Assembly: GCF_001457615.1 (NCBI RefSeq) | Contig: NZ_LN831024.1 | Span: forward strand, 5,490,001-5,522,000 | Length of the DNA stretch: 32,000 nt | Direction: 5' to 3' | From: Pseudomonas aeruginosa | GTDB lineage: Bacteria > Pseudomonadota > Gammaproteobacteria > Pseudomonadales > Pseudomonadaceae | Part shown: one piece after another, positions 23,041 to 30,855 of the stretch | How the letters are laid out: each line of letters starts with the position of its first letter | Numbering within the stretch: the first letter of the stretch is position 1 | Made by a program: the position numbers and the translations under genes | The notes under the pieces: model-generated | Seen by the model: the letters and a program-made list of their open reading frames with translations, nothing else | Databases searched by the model: none | Told to the model about the DNA's origin: nothing

Positions 23041-24408
23041 ATGTCCTCCCGCCAATCGTCCCGCAACGCTTCCACCCCGTATCTGGCCAAGGCCTTCCAG
23101 GCAACGGCCATCGTCGTGGTGAGCTACTTCCTCTACTGGACCTACCAGCTCTACCAGTACGGCGAGATTCCCATCAGCAAGAAGGACGTGATGCTGCGCC
23201 AAGCCATCCTCGCGCGCTTTCCGGCGGACTACGAGGTGGAGATCAAGGGCGCCGACCTGCTCGGCTTCGGCGAGAAATTCCTGGTCGCCTACGGCAATCG
23301 GCGCTTCGTCGGCAAGGCCTTCGCCATGGACGACCAGGTCATCGAGCGCCTGGAGCGGAACCAGGGACGGACCAACCTGCCGCTGGTGAAGGTGTTCTAC
23401 ATCGCCGAACCCGGCCTCCTCTCCTCGCTGCTCAACCTTTCCCCGTTCCTGGATATCCAGAAGAACATGGTCGAGCTGAGCCTCCGGGAATACCGGAAGA
23501 TCCAGTTGGTCCCCTTCGATCCGGACGCGAAGCGGAAACCGCGCGAGCAGTTCGAAACCGATTATGCCTTCCCCCAGCTGTTCAGCCTCAGCCAACTGGA
23601 AGTCGCCGACTACGACGGCGACGGCCGCGACGAACTGCGCCTGGGCTACCTGTCCTACGCCGGCGGTTCGGGAGGGACGCGCTGGTCGGTGATCTACGAC
23701 CTGAAGGACGGCGCGCTGACCGCCCATTCCGGCTATCCGGAAATGCTCGACATCGACGTCGCCCGGTTCATCCAGGCGGTCAACCTGTACGCCGGCCTCG
23801 ACGGCACCCTGCCACGCGACCAGCGTCAGCTGGAAGACGTGGTCGGCCGAGGCAGCGAGCGCTTCGCGCTGACCGCCGCGGAGCGCCAGGCACTGGTCGC
23901 CGACCCGCCGCAGCGGGACGACTACGCCAGGGTCCTGATGAGCCTTTCGCCGCGCTCGCCCTACGCCCCCGATCGCTTCATCGACCTCGGCGACGGCAGC
24001 CGACTGAGCCTGGCCCCGCGCCATACCGACGATTACTCGACCTTCCTCGACATCGGCGGGAAGAAAATCTTCGTCGAAGCCTTCTACGTCGACGACGACG
24101 CCTGCCACTGGTGCGAGCATCGCTGGCGAGTGATGGCTTTCCATTACGACGACGGTCGCTGGATCTCGGACCGCACCATCAACGGCGACGGCTTCAACGG
24201 GCAATGGCTGCGCAACGCGGAGCCGCTGGGCCTCAACGACGTTTTCGGTACCTACCGCGACCAGGGCCCGGCGGGCCTGGCCTGGTCCTTCATCGACCCG
24301 CGCTGGACCGCCTCCAGCCAGCATGACATGGACGATCCGCTGGGCGTGGGAATGCGCACCCTGTCGCCGGTGGAGCAATGGGTGAAGGAACGCTATCGGG
24401 AAAACTGA
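23041..24408 (+). CDS. N-terminally TM-anchored protein of unknown function, 455 aa (PA4869-type)
   Basis: A single ORF with genome-typical GC3 usage. TM helix: AFQATAIVVVSYFLYWTYQLY. A DxDxDG-type loop, VADYDGDGRDEL, lies at 23608-23634. CHWC lies at 24104-24115. No SD is obvious, so the start is tentative. Confidence 0.75.
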   Translation: MSSRQSSRNASTPYLAKAFQATAIVVVSYFLYWTYQLYQYGEIPISKKDVMLRQAILARFPADYEVEIKGADLLGFGEKFLVAYGNRRFVGKAFAMDDQVIERLERNQGRTNLPLVKVFYIAEPGLLSSLLNLSPFLDIQKNMVELSLREYRKIQLVPFDPDAKRKPREQFETDYAFPQLFSLSQLEVADYDGDGRDELRLGYLSYAGGSGGTRWSVIYDLKDGALTAHSGYPEMLDIDVARFIQAVNLYAGLDGTLPRDQRQLEDVVGRGSERFALTAAERQALVADPPQRDDYARVLMSLSPRSPYAPDRFIDLGDGSRLSLAPRHTDDYSTFLDIGGKKIFVEAFYVDDDACHWCEHRWRVMAFHYDDGRWISDRTINGDGFNGQWLRNAEPLGLNDVFGTYRDQGPAGLAWSFIDPRWTASSQHDMDDPLGVGMRTLSPVEQWVKERYREN

Positions 24409-24417
24409 GGCAGGCCT

Positions 24418-24684
24418 TCAGCGCAACTGGCTGTCCTTGCTGCCGCGGCGGTTGTAGCCGCTGAACTTCGCCTGTTCCCTGTCGTGCTCGGCCTGGCAGT
24501 TGACGCACAGGCGCACGCCGGGAATCGCTCGGCGCCGCGCTTCGGGGATAGTCGCGTCGCACTCTTCGCAATGGGTCAGGCTCTCGCCACGAGGCAACTG
24601 GCTGCGCGCACGAGCGATGGCATCCTCGATCGTGCTGTCGATCTGTTCCTGCACCGCACCGTCGTTCGCCCACCCGCTGGCCAT
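24418..24684 (-). CDS. DksA/TraR-family C4 zinc-finger protein, YbiI-like, 88 aa (PA4870-type)
   Basis: Begins MASGWANDGAVQEQIDSTIEDAI. The zinc finger is CEECDATIPEARRRAIPGVRLCVNCQ (CxxC-N17-CxxC). The C-terminus is GYNRRGSKDSQLR. A gaggag SD precedes the ATG (cat at 24682-24684). Confidence 0.85.
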   Translation of the reverse strand: MASGWANDGAVQEQIDSTIEDAIARARSQLPRGESLTHCEECDATIPEARRRAIPGVRLCVNCQAEHDREQAKFSGYNRRGSKDSQLR

Positions 24685-24809
24685 GACTGACTCCTCTGGC
24701 TGAAACCCTGGAACCTCCAGATATGGGCGTTCGCCCGCGGCTTTGCAAGGGCGGCGCGACCATCGGCCTGGCGTGGCACAATCGCCAGCCAAGCCTGGAG
24801 GTACACCGC

Positions 24810-25424
24810 ATGATGGGACCGTTCCGCCGCCTCGCCCACCTGATCGACCAGGGCCGCCAGCTCGACGCCGCGCTCGCCGGCGATCCGTTCGCTCTGCCGG
24901 CGCCGGAGGACCGCTATAGCGTCCGGCAACTGCACGGCCTGTATCCGCGCCGTCATCCCGGTCTCTACGCACCGCTGCTCGGCAGCCTGGCGCTGCTGCT
25001 CGGTGCCGCGCCGCTGGGTCTTGCCGCGCTGCGCCTGGCATTGCCGGAGGCTCCTTTGCGGCCGCTGGGCTGGCTCTCCGCCCTGCCGCTGCTGGCGGCC
25101 TGGCTGTGGCTGATCGCCCTGCTCTCCCGTGGCGCCAGCCTCGGCCCGCGCCTGGCCCGCGACGCCAGCCTGCTGCTGGTCGCCACCGGGCTCCTGCTGC
25201 GCCTGGCCAGCGGCGAGACGTCGGGCCTGGTGGCGCTCGGCGGCGGCGCCTGTGCCTGGCTGCTGTTCAACAGCCGGGCGATGCAACGCTACATGGAACT
25301 GGTCTACGCCCAGCGCCTGTACCGCGCCCAGTCGGCCAACCGCCCCGGTTCGGCGCAGCGGCGCCTGGCCAACCAGGCCGCCTACCGCGAACGCAAGCGA
25401 CGCGAGCGCTCCGGGCGATCCTGA
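24810..25424 (+). CDS. Predicted ~4-TM membrane protein with basic C-terminal tail, 204 aa (PA4871-type hypothetical)
   Basis: ATG 24810 has ctggaggt 7 nt upstream. Hydrophobic segments include LLGSLALLLGAAPLGLAAL and LSALPLLAAWLWLIALL. The tail is RERKRRERSGRS. Confidence 0.65.
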   Translation: MMGPFRRLAHLIDQGRQLDAALAGDPFALPAPEDRYSVRQLHGLYPRRHPGLYAPLLGSLALLLGAAPLGLAALRLALPEAPLRPLGWLSALPLLAAWLWLIALLSRGASLGPRLARDASLLLVATGLLLRLASGETSGLVALGGGACAWLLFNSRAMQRYMELVYAQRLYRAQSANRPGSAQRRLANQAAYRERKRRERSGRS

Positions 25425-25515
25425 GCCAGACTGTCGCCCTGCGACCTTCTGCGCATTGGCGGGCGTCGCCGACCTGCAGGCGCGGCAGCGCAACATGGGC
25501 CTGGCCTGAAATCGC

Positions 25516-26379
25516 CTACTCTTTGACTTCCATGTAGTCGCGGGCCCAGGCCTGGTATTCCTCGGGGAAGGTGTACTTCTTCGACAGCTCCGAGGCGGTC
25601 AGGTCCGAGGCCACCGCACCGCGCTCCTCGCGCAGGCAGTCGTAGGTCGCCTTGATCGCGGCGAAATAGGCGGCGTGGCCGTTGACCACGACACGCACGC
25701 CGAGCCGCGCCAGGCGGGCGTCGTCGCGCAGTTGCGGATTACCGTAGGTGACCAGCATCAGCGGGATGTGCAGGTGCTCGGCGATCGCCTCGAGGTGGGC
25801 GAAGTCGCGCACGCCGACCAGGCAGATACCATCGGCGCCGGCTTCCTGGTAGGCCAGGGTGCGCTGGATCACCGCATCGACGTCGATCAGTTCGGCGTTG
25901 GTCCGGGCAATGATGGTCAACGCCGGGTCGACCCTCGCCTCCAGGGCCGCGCGGATCTTGCCGACGCCTTCCTCGACGCAGATCAGGTCGGTGGACTTGC
26001 GCCCGAACTGCGCCGGCAGCAGGGTGTCCTCGATGGTCAGCGCGGCGATTCCGGCGCGCTCCAGTTCGACCACCGTACGCATCACGTTCAGCGCGTTGCC
26101 GTAGCCGTGGTCGGCGTCGGCGATCACCGGCAGGCGCGCCACCCGGCCGATGCGGGCGGCCTGCTCGACGAATTCGCTGAGGGTGATCAGGGCGAAGTCC
26201 GGCGCCGCCAGGACCTGCAGGGAAGCCACCGAACCGCCGAGGATGCCGCACTCGAAGCCGAGGTCGGCGGCGATACGCGCCGACATGGGATCGAACACGG
26301 AAGCGGTGTGGTAGCAACGGGAGGAGTCCAACAGCGCGCGAAACATCGCACGCAACTCATGGTGTGAGGCTCTATGCAT
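25516..26379 (-). CDS. PEP mutase/isocitrate lyase-superfamily enzyme (PA4872-type oxaloacetate decarboxylase), 287 aa
   Basis: Begins [19 protein letters not shown]. Superfamily motifs are [15 protein letters not shown] and LTIEDTLLP. Start cat lies at 26377-26379. The upstream part of ORF ..26547 is Arg-rich and is rejected. Confidence 0.9.
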   Translation of the reverse strand: MHRASHHELRAMFRALLDSSRCYHTASVFDPMSARIAADLGFECGILGGSVASLQVLAAPDFALITLSEFVEQAARIGRVARLPVIADADHGYGNALNVMRTVVELERAGIAALTIEDTLLPAQFGRKSTDLICVEEGVGKIRAALEARVDPALTIIARTNAELIDVDAVIQRTLAYQEAGADGICLVGVRDFAHLEAIAEHLHIPLMLVTYGNPQLRDDARLARLGVRVVVNGHAAYFAAIKATYDCLREERGAVASDLTASELSKKYTFPEEYQAWARDYMEVKE

Positions 26380-26586
26380 GGCGAAATCCAGGACAACACG
26401 GCAAGACGGAGTGGGAAAGCAGCGCCAACATAGCACCATGCGCAGGCCCCTTGGCAAATCCGTATACAAAGGTCGGGGCGGCCCGCACGGACGTCCCAGG
26501 ACGCTTCCTGCCGATCGCCGGCGGTGAAATCTACGACGCTCTCGCATACACTGCGCGGCCGTTTTTTTCCCGGACCGTTTCGCGCC

Positions 26587-27852
26587 ATGAACCCGAGCAC
26601 CGCCGCCCGCGCCCTGGGCATCGATTTTGGCACCTCCAACTCCACCGTCGGCTGGTGGCGGCCGGAGGTCGAACCGCTGATCGAGCTGGAGGACGGCAAG
26701 ATCACCCTGCCCTCGGTGGTGTTCTTCAACGTCGAGGAGCGCCGCCCGGTCTACGGCCGCCAGGCGCTCGGCGAGTACCTGGAGGGCTACGAGGGCCGGC
26801 TGATGCGCTCGCTGAAGAGCCTGCTGGGCTCCAAGCTGCTGAAGAGCGAGACCACCGTGCTCGGCAGCGCCCTACCGTTCAAGGACCTGCTCGGCCTGTT
26901 CATCGGCCAGCTCAAGGCGCGCGGCGAGGCCGCCGCCGGGCAAGCCTTCGACGCGGTGGTGCTGGGTCGCCCGGTGTTCTTCGTCGACGACGACCCGGAG
27001 GCCGACCGCGAGGCCCAGGACACCCTGGTGCAGGTGGCCAACAAGCTCGGCTTCAAGGAGGTTTCCTTCCAGTACGAACCGATCGCCGCGGCCTTCGACT
27101 ACGAGCGCTGCATCCAGCGCGAGGAACTGGTCCTGATCGTCGACATCGGCGGCGGCACCTCGGACTTCTCCCTGGTGCGCCTGGCGCCGGAGCGGCGCAA
27201 CCTGGCCGAGCGCCAGGACGACATCCTGGCCACCGGCGGCGTACACATCGGCGGTACCGACTTCGACAAGCAGCTCAGCCTGGAAGGCGTGATGCCGCTG
27301 TTCGGCTACGGCAGCCGGATGAAGAGCGACGCCTTCATGCCCACCAGCTACCACCTGAACCTGGCCACCTGGCACACCATCAACGCGGTGTACGCGCAGA
27401 AGTCGCAATTGGCGCTGAAGAACATGCGCTACGACATCGTCGACAGCACCGGCATCGACCGCCTCTTCAGGCTCATCGAGGAACGCGCCGGGCACTGGCT
27501 GGCGATGCAGGTGGAAGACAGCAAGATCCGCCTGACCGAAACCGAGCGCCTGCACCTCTCGCTGGAGCGCATCGAGGCCGGGCTCGGCGTGGAGCTGACC
27601 CGTGGGCTGTTCGAGAACGCCGTCGACGGACTGCTGGAGCGCGTGCGCAACAGCGTCGCGCAACTGCTGGCCTCGGCCGGGGTCGACCCGGACCGGGTCG
27701 ACACGGTGTTCTTCACCGGCGGTTCGAGCGGCATTCCGGCGCTGCGCCGGAGCGTCTCGGCGATGCTGCCCAACGCCCGTCATGTCGAGGGCAACCTGTT
27801 CGGCAGCATCGGCAGCGGCCTGGCCATCGAGGCGAAGAAGCGCTACGGCTGA
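26587..27852 (+). CDS. Hsp70-family ATPase, YegD-like, 421 aa (PA4873-type)
   Basis: Actin-fold motifs are [27 protein letters not shown] and [16 protein letters not shown] 26587 is preferred over GTG 26524, but neither has a good SD, so the start is uncertain. Confidence 0.85.
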   Translation: MNPSTAARALGIDFGTSNSTVGWWRPEVEPLIELEDGKITLPSVVFFNVEERRPVYGRQALGEYLEGYEGRLMRSLKSLLGSKLLKSETTVLGSALPFKDLLGLFIGQLKARGEAAAGQAFDAVVLGRPVFFVDDDPEADREAQDTLVQVANKLGFKEVSFQYEPIAAAFDYERCIQREELVLIVDIGGGTSDFSLVRLAPERRNLAERQDDILATGGVHIGGTDFDKQLSLEGVMPLFGYGSRMKSDAFMPTSYHLNLATWHTINAVYAQKSQLALKNMRYDIVDSTGIDRLFRLIEERAGHWLAMQVEDSKIRLTETERLHLSLERIEAGLGVELTRGLFENAVDGLLERVRNSVAQLLASAGVDPDRVDTVFFTGGSSGIPALRRSVSAMLPNARHVEGNLFGSIGSGLAIEAKKRYG

Positions 27853-27909
27853 GCCGCCCTGGCCGCGCCCCTGCCCTATAGGGGGATAAGGTCACACCGG
27901 GCCCGCCAT

Positions 27910-27998
27910 GGCGGATAACCGCGAGCGGTTATTCGCCCTACGCCAAGACCACGCCACACCCGTCCGCAGGGCGGATAGCGCCACAGGCGTTATCCGCC
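27910..27998. repeat. REPIN-like inverted REP doublet
   Basis: ggcggataaccgcgagcggttattcgccctac lies at 27910-27941 and gcagggcggatagcgccacaggcgttatccgcc at 27966-27998. They sit between the convergent Hsp70-like gene and psiF. Confidence 0.75.
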
Positions 27999-28026
27999 GC
28001 CACACCGAGCCCGACGAGGGTGGGGC

Positions 28027-28317
28027 TCACTTCTTCAGGCAGGTGCTCATGAACGCCTTGCGTTCGTCGCCCTTGAGCGCCTTGGCGGTGGCGTCGGCGT
28101 TGCAGGTCTTCATCTTCTCCTGCTGGGTCGCCGCCTTGGCGCTGCCGCCGGCCTTCAGGCAACTGCTCATGAACGCCTTGCGTTCGTCGCCCTTGAGCGC
28201 CTTGGTGGTGGCCTCGGCGTTGCAGGCGGTCATCTTCTCCTGCTGCGCGGTGGCAGCGAAACCATGGGCCGAGACGGCCATGGCCAATACGAACATCGGG
28301 ATACGCAGGATATTCAT
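28027..28317 (-). CDS. psiF: PsiF-repeat periplasmic protein, 96 aa
   Basis: Signal peptide MNILRIPMFVLAMAVSAHG/FA. Two PsiF repeats are present: QQEKMTACNAEATTKALKGDERKAFMSSCLKA and QQEKMKTCNADATAKALKGDERKAFMSTCLKK. An aggaga SD precedes the ATG (cat at 28315-28317). Confidence 0.85.
   Translation of the reverse strand: MNILRIPMFVLAMAVSAHGFAATAQQEKMTACNAEATTKALKGDERKAFMSSCLKAGGSAKAATQQEKMKTCNADATAKALKGDERKAFMSTCLKK
28033..28245. repeat. Intragenic 120-bp-period tandem duplication within psiF
   Basis: Segment 28033-28125 versus 28153-28245 shows 86 of 93 nt identical. This includes a 42-nt perfect run, 28044-28085 equal to 28164-28205. Confidence 0.85.
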
Positions 28318-28471
28318 CGAACTCTCCTTGAAGGGCTGCACGTTCGCATGCAGGTGCGCTGAAGTCTAGCGACTGCGGCGGGCTTTGCAGGGGCTGGGAA
28401 CGCGTCCTGTGCGCTTGCGACAAGCGTCATGTTTCGCGGCTAGACTGACGCTTCGCACGAGGAGGAGTTCC

Positions 28472-29011
28472 ATGCAACAGGTCATCGCGGTGAGCCTCTG
28501 CGCCACCCACGCGTTCAGCAAGCAGGTGCGTCCCGCCATCCGCCTCCTGAAAGGCCTCGGCGTCGAGGGCGACGCCCACCACGGCGTCACCGTGAAGCAC
28601 CGCTCGCGGGTGCGGCAGGACCCGACCCAGCCGAACCTGCGCCAGGTCCACCTGATCCACGAGGAATTGCACGACGAGCTACGCGCCAGCGGCTTCGCCA
28701 TCGGCCCGGGGACCATGGGCGAGAACATCACCACCCGTGGCGTCGACCTGCTCGGCCTGCCCACCGGCACCCGCCTGCGCCTGGGGGAAAGCGCCCTGGT
28801 CGAGCTGACCGGCCTGCGCAATCCCTGCTCGCAGCTGGACAACTACCAGCCCGGACTGACCGCCGCCGTGCTCGGCCGCGACGAACAGGGCAACCTGATT
28901 CGCAAGGCCGGGGTGATGGCGATCGTCCTGGAAGACGGCGAGGTTCGCCCCGGCGACGCCATCGATATCCAGCTGCCCCCCTTGCCGCACCGGGCCCTGG
29001 AGAAGGTCTGA
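28472..29011 (+). CDS. MOSC domain-containing protein, 179 aa (PA4875-type)
   Basis: A ggaggag SD lies at 28461-28467. Contains GVEGDAHHG...GENITTRGVDL...G...LVELTGLRNPCSQLD, the MOSC beta-barrel pattern with its conserved Cys. Confidence 0.85.
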   Translation: MQQVIAVSLCATHAFSKQVRPAIRLLKGLGVEGDAHHGVTVKHRSRVRQDPTQPNLRQVHLIHEELHDELRASGFAIGPGTMGENITTRGVDLLGLPTGTRLRLGESALVELTGLRNPCSQLDNYQPGLTAAVLGRDEQGNLIRKAGVMAIVLEDGEVRPGDAIDIQLPPLPHRALEKV

Positions 29012-29099
29012 GGCAATCCGCCGCGATTCCGGGCGAACTCTGCGCGAGGGCCTGCGTTCCAATGTTGGCAAGCACCGCTCAACCACAAGGAGTCACAGC

Positions 29100-29444
29100 A
29101 TGTACAAGCAGTCACTGGCGGCACTGTTCGTGATGGCAACCCTGGCCGGCTGCGCGTCGACCAAGGTGCAGAACCCGGTCAACTACATCACCTTCCGCAA
29201 CGAACCGCTGGTCAAGGATGTCGAGAAAGGCATGAGCCAGCAGGAAGTCCTGCGCATCGGCGGCACGCCTTCCGGCACCCAGAAGCGCCTGATGAAACCG
29301 GGGAGCTGCAACAGCTACATCCTCAACAAGGACGGCCAGCAGCAGCCGTTCTACGTCAGTTTCGACGGCAGCGGCAAGGTCGACGGCTCGGGCTTCCTGA
29401 GCTGCTCCGAGCTGGACCGCCACGAGCGCGACGCCCGCCCCTGA
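29100..29444 (+). CDS. osmE: Osmotically inducible lipoprotein OsmE (BamE/SmpA_OmlA fold), 114 aa
   Basis: The lipobox is LAGC, in MYKQSLAALFVMATLAGCAS. Contains GMSQQEVLRIGGTPS. An aaggag SD precedes it. Confidence 0.9.
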   Translation: MYKQSLAALFVMATLAGCASTKVQNPVNYITFRNEPLVKDVEKGMSQQEVLRIGGTPSGTQKRLMKPGSCNSYILNKDGQQQPFYVSFDGSGKVDGSGFLSCSELDRHERDARP

Positions 29445-29450
29445 CGGCTC

Positions 29451-29482
29451 GACGCCCCGCTTCCTTACGGAGGCGGGGCGTC
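29451..29482. terminator. Bidirectional hairpin between convergent osmE and the Rho_N-domain gene
   Basis: A 14-bp stem pairs gacgccccgcttcc with ggaggcggggcgtc (one G:U) around a ttac loop. It lies 7 nt after the osmE stop and 6 nt after the opposite-strand stop. There are no U-tracts. Confidence 0.65.
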
Positions 29483-29487
29483 TGCGT

Positions 29488-29895
29488 TCAGGCCCGGGAC
29501 AGGGCCTCGATCAGTTCGGCCTTGCGCATCGTCGAACGACCGCGGATGTCGCGCTTGCGCGCCAGCTGCATCAATTCCTCGCGGGTCATCTCGCTCACCG
29601 AGGTACTGCCTTGACGTTTGCCACGGCTCGCCGAGCCGCGGTTGGCCGGTCTCCCTGAGCGGGCCTGGGCGGCGCGATGGGCCGAGTCCTTGCGGTCGGC
29701 GCGCTTGGCCGTCTCGCTCTTGGCGCGGCCGGAACCGCCCTTGCGCTCGCCGCCGCCGGACTGCTTGTTCACCGTCGCCCAGGCGCGCGCCTCGGCTTCC
29801 GATTCGCTCACACCCTTGGCCTTGTAGCTCTCCTCGATGTGCTCGGCCTTGCGCTGCTGCTTGTCGCTGTACTTGCTCTTGTCGCCACGGGGCAT
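29488..29895 (-). CDS. Small highly basic protein with C-terminal Rho_N/SAP-like domain, 135 aa (PA4877-type)
   Basis: Begins MPRGDKSKYSDKQQRKAEHIEESYKAKGVSESEAEARAWATVNK. A Gly/Arg/Lys-rich linker follows, then TREELMQLARKRDIRGRSTMRKAELIEAL. A gggaga SD precedes the ATG (cat at 29893-29895). Confidence 0.75.
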   Translation of the reverse strand: MPRGDKSKYSDKQQRKAEHIEESYKAKGVSESEAEARAWATVNKQSGGGERKGGSGRAKSETAKRADRKDSAHRAAQARSGRPANRGSASRGKRQGSTSVSEMTREELMQLARKRDIRGRSTMRKAELIEALSRA

Positions 29896-29983
29896 GGGGA
29901 TATCTCCCTTTGCGATGGGTTCACTGTTGGGACCGGGAGGCGACGGCGGACGTTCAGAGAAAGTGCGCACCGGCACAAACCCC

Positions 29984-30014
29984 TTGACCTTGCCCCAGGG
30001 GCAATCCGTAGTCT
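29984..30014 (+). promoter_or_regulatory. MerR-type promoter/operator upstream of brlR
   Basis: TTGACC (29984-29989) and TAGTCT (30009-30014) are separated by a 19-nt spacer. The spacer contains the perfect dyad TTGCCCC-a-GGGGCAA (29990-30004). The element lies 28 nt upstream of the brlR ATG. Confidence 0.5.
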
Positions 30015-30041
30015 GCCGGTATCCCGCAGCAGGAACCGGAA

Positions 30042-30854
30042 ATGCTCACCATCGGCCAACTGGCGCGAATCTTCGAGATCTCCACCAAGACGCTTCGCCA
30101 CTACGATGCCATCGGCCTGTTCGTCCCCGCGCGCACCGGTAGCGACAACGGCTACCGCTACTACCAGCCGGAACAGATCGAGCAGCTCTCGCGCATACTC
30201 GCGCTGCGCCGGCTGGACGTTCCGCTGGAAGCCATCGACCGCCTGAAACGCGATGGCGCGCTGGACGACCCGCAACGCCTGCGGCATTTCCTGCAACGAC
30301 ACCAGCACACCCTGCGCGAAGAGATCAGCGCCCGCCAGCGCCTGCTGGCGGAACTCGACCGAACCCTGGCGACGCTCGCCCACTGGAGGATCCGCAACAT
30401 GCATGCACGAATCGTCGAACGTCCCGCCTTCAGCGTGGTGGGCATGGAATACTTCGGCAGCGCCCCCGGCGACACCATCGGCCAGCTCTGGGAACGCTTC
30501 ATCCCGCGCGAGCACGAGATCGCCGGCAAGCACGATCCCGAGGTCTCCTATGGCATCTGCGCGCAGCAGCCCAACGGCGAATTCCACTACGTCGCCGGCT
30601 TCGAGGTGCAGGAGGGCTGGCCGGTGCCGGAGGGCATGGTGCGCTTCCAGGTGCCGGCGCAGAAGTACGCGGTGTTCACCCACAAGGGCACGGCGCCGCA
30701 GATCGCCGAGAGCTTCCAGGCGATCTACAGCCACCTGCTCGCCGAACGCGGCCTGGAGCCCAAGGCGGGGGTCGACTTCGAATACTACGACCAGCGTTTC
30801 CGCGGACCGCTGGATCCGAACTCGCAAGTCGACCTGTATATCCCCATCTACTGA
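30042..30854 (+). CDS. brlR: MerR-family transcriptional activator with GyrI-like effector domain (biofilm resistance locus regulator), 270 aa
   Basis: The MerR HTH is MLTIGQLARIFEISTKTLRHYDAIGLFVPARTGSDNGYRYY. A coiled-coil follows, then a C-terminal GyrI-like domain (VGMEYFG...YAVFTHKG...DFEYYD). Confidence 0.92.
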   Translation: MLTIGQLARIFEISTKTLRHYDAIGLFVPARTGSDNGYRYYQPEQIEQLSRILALRRLDVPLEAIDRLKRDGALDDPQRLRHFLQRHQHTLREEISARQRLLAELDRTLATLAHWRIRNMHARIVERPAFSVVGMEYFGSAPGDTIGQLWERFIPREHEIAGKHDPEVSYGICAQQPNGEFHYVAGFEVQEGWPVPEGMVRFQVPAQKYAVFTHKGTAPQIAESFQAIYSHLLAERGLEPKAGVDFEYYDQRFRGPLDPNSQVDLYIPIY

Positions 30855-30855
30855 A

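Noticed and set aside
24406-24420. A short imperfect palindrome, ctgaggcaggccttcag, spanning both stop codons of the convergent PA4869-type and YbiI-like genes.
   Set aside because: The stem is only ~6 bp with a wobble and a mismatch. That is too weak to call a terminator with any confidence.
24774-24789. A perfect TGGCAC (-24-like) motif upstream of the PA4871-type gene.
   Set aside because: The -12 GC is displaced by 1 nt (TGGCACaatcgccaGC), and sigma54 spacing is strict. The motif is also only ~20 nt from the ATG and overlaps the SD region.
26563-26569. A T7 run 18 nt upstream of the Hsp70-like gene, considered as a possible terminator tail or attenuator.
   Set aside because: No stable hairpin immediately precedes it. 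It is more likely part of an unstructured, SD-poor leader. I note it only as a reason for start-codon uncertainty.
28318-28471. A Pho box, or other phosphate-control operator, expected upstream of psiF.
   Set aside because: I found no tandem CTGTCAT-type 7-bp repeats with 11-bp periodicity. Only weak short palindromes are present (ctgca...tgcag, agtc-tagc-gact).
29060-29075. TTGGCAagcaccGCT upstream of osmE as a possible sigma54 promoter.
   Set aside because: The spacing is GG-N8-GC rather than N10, so it does not fit.
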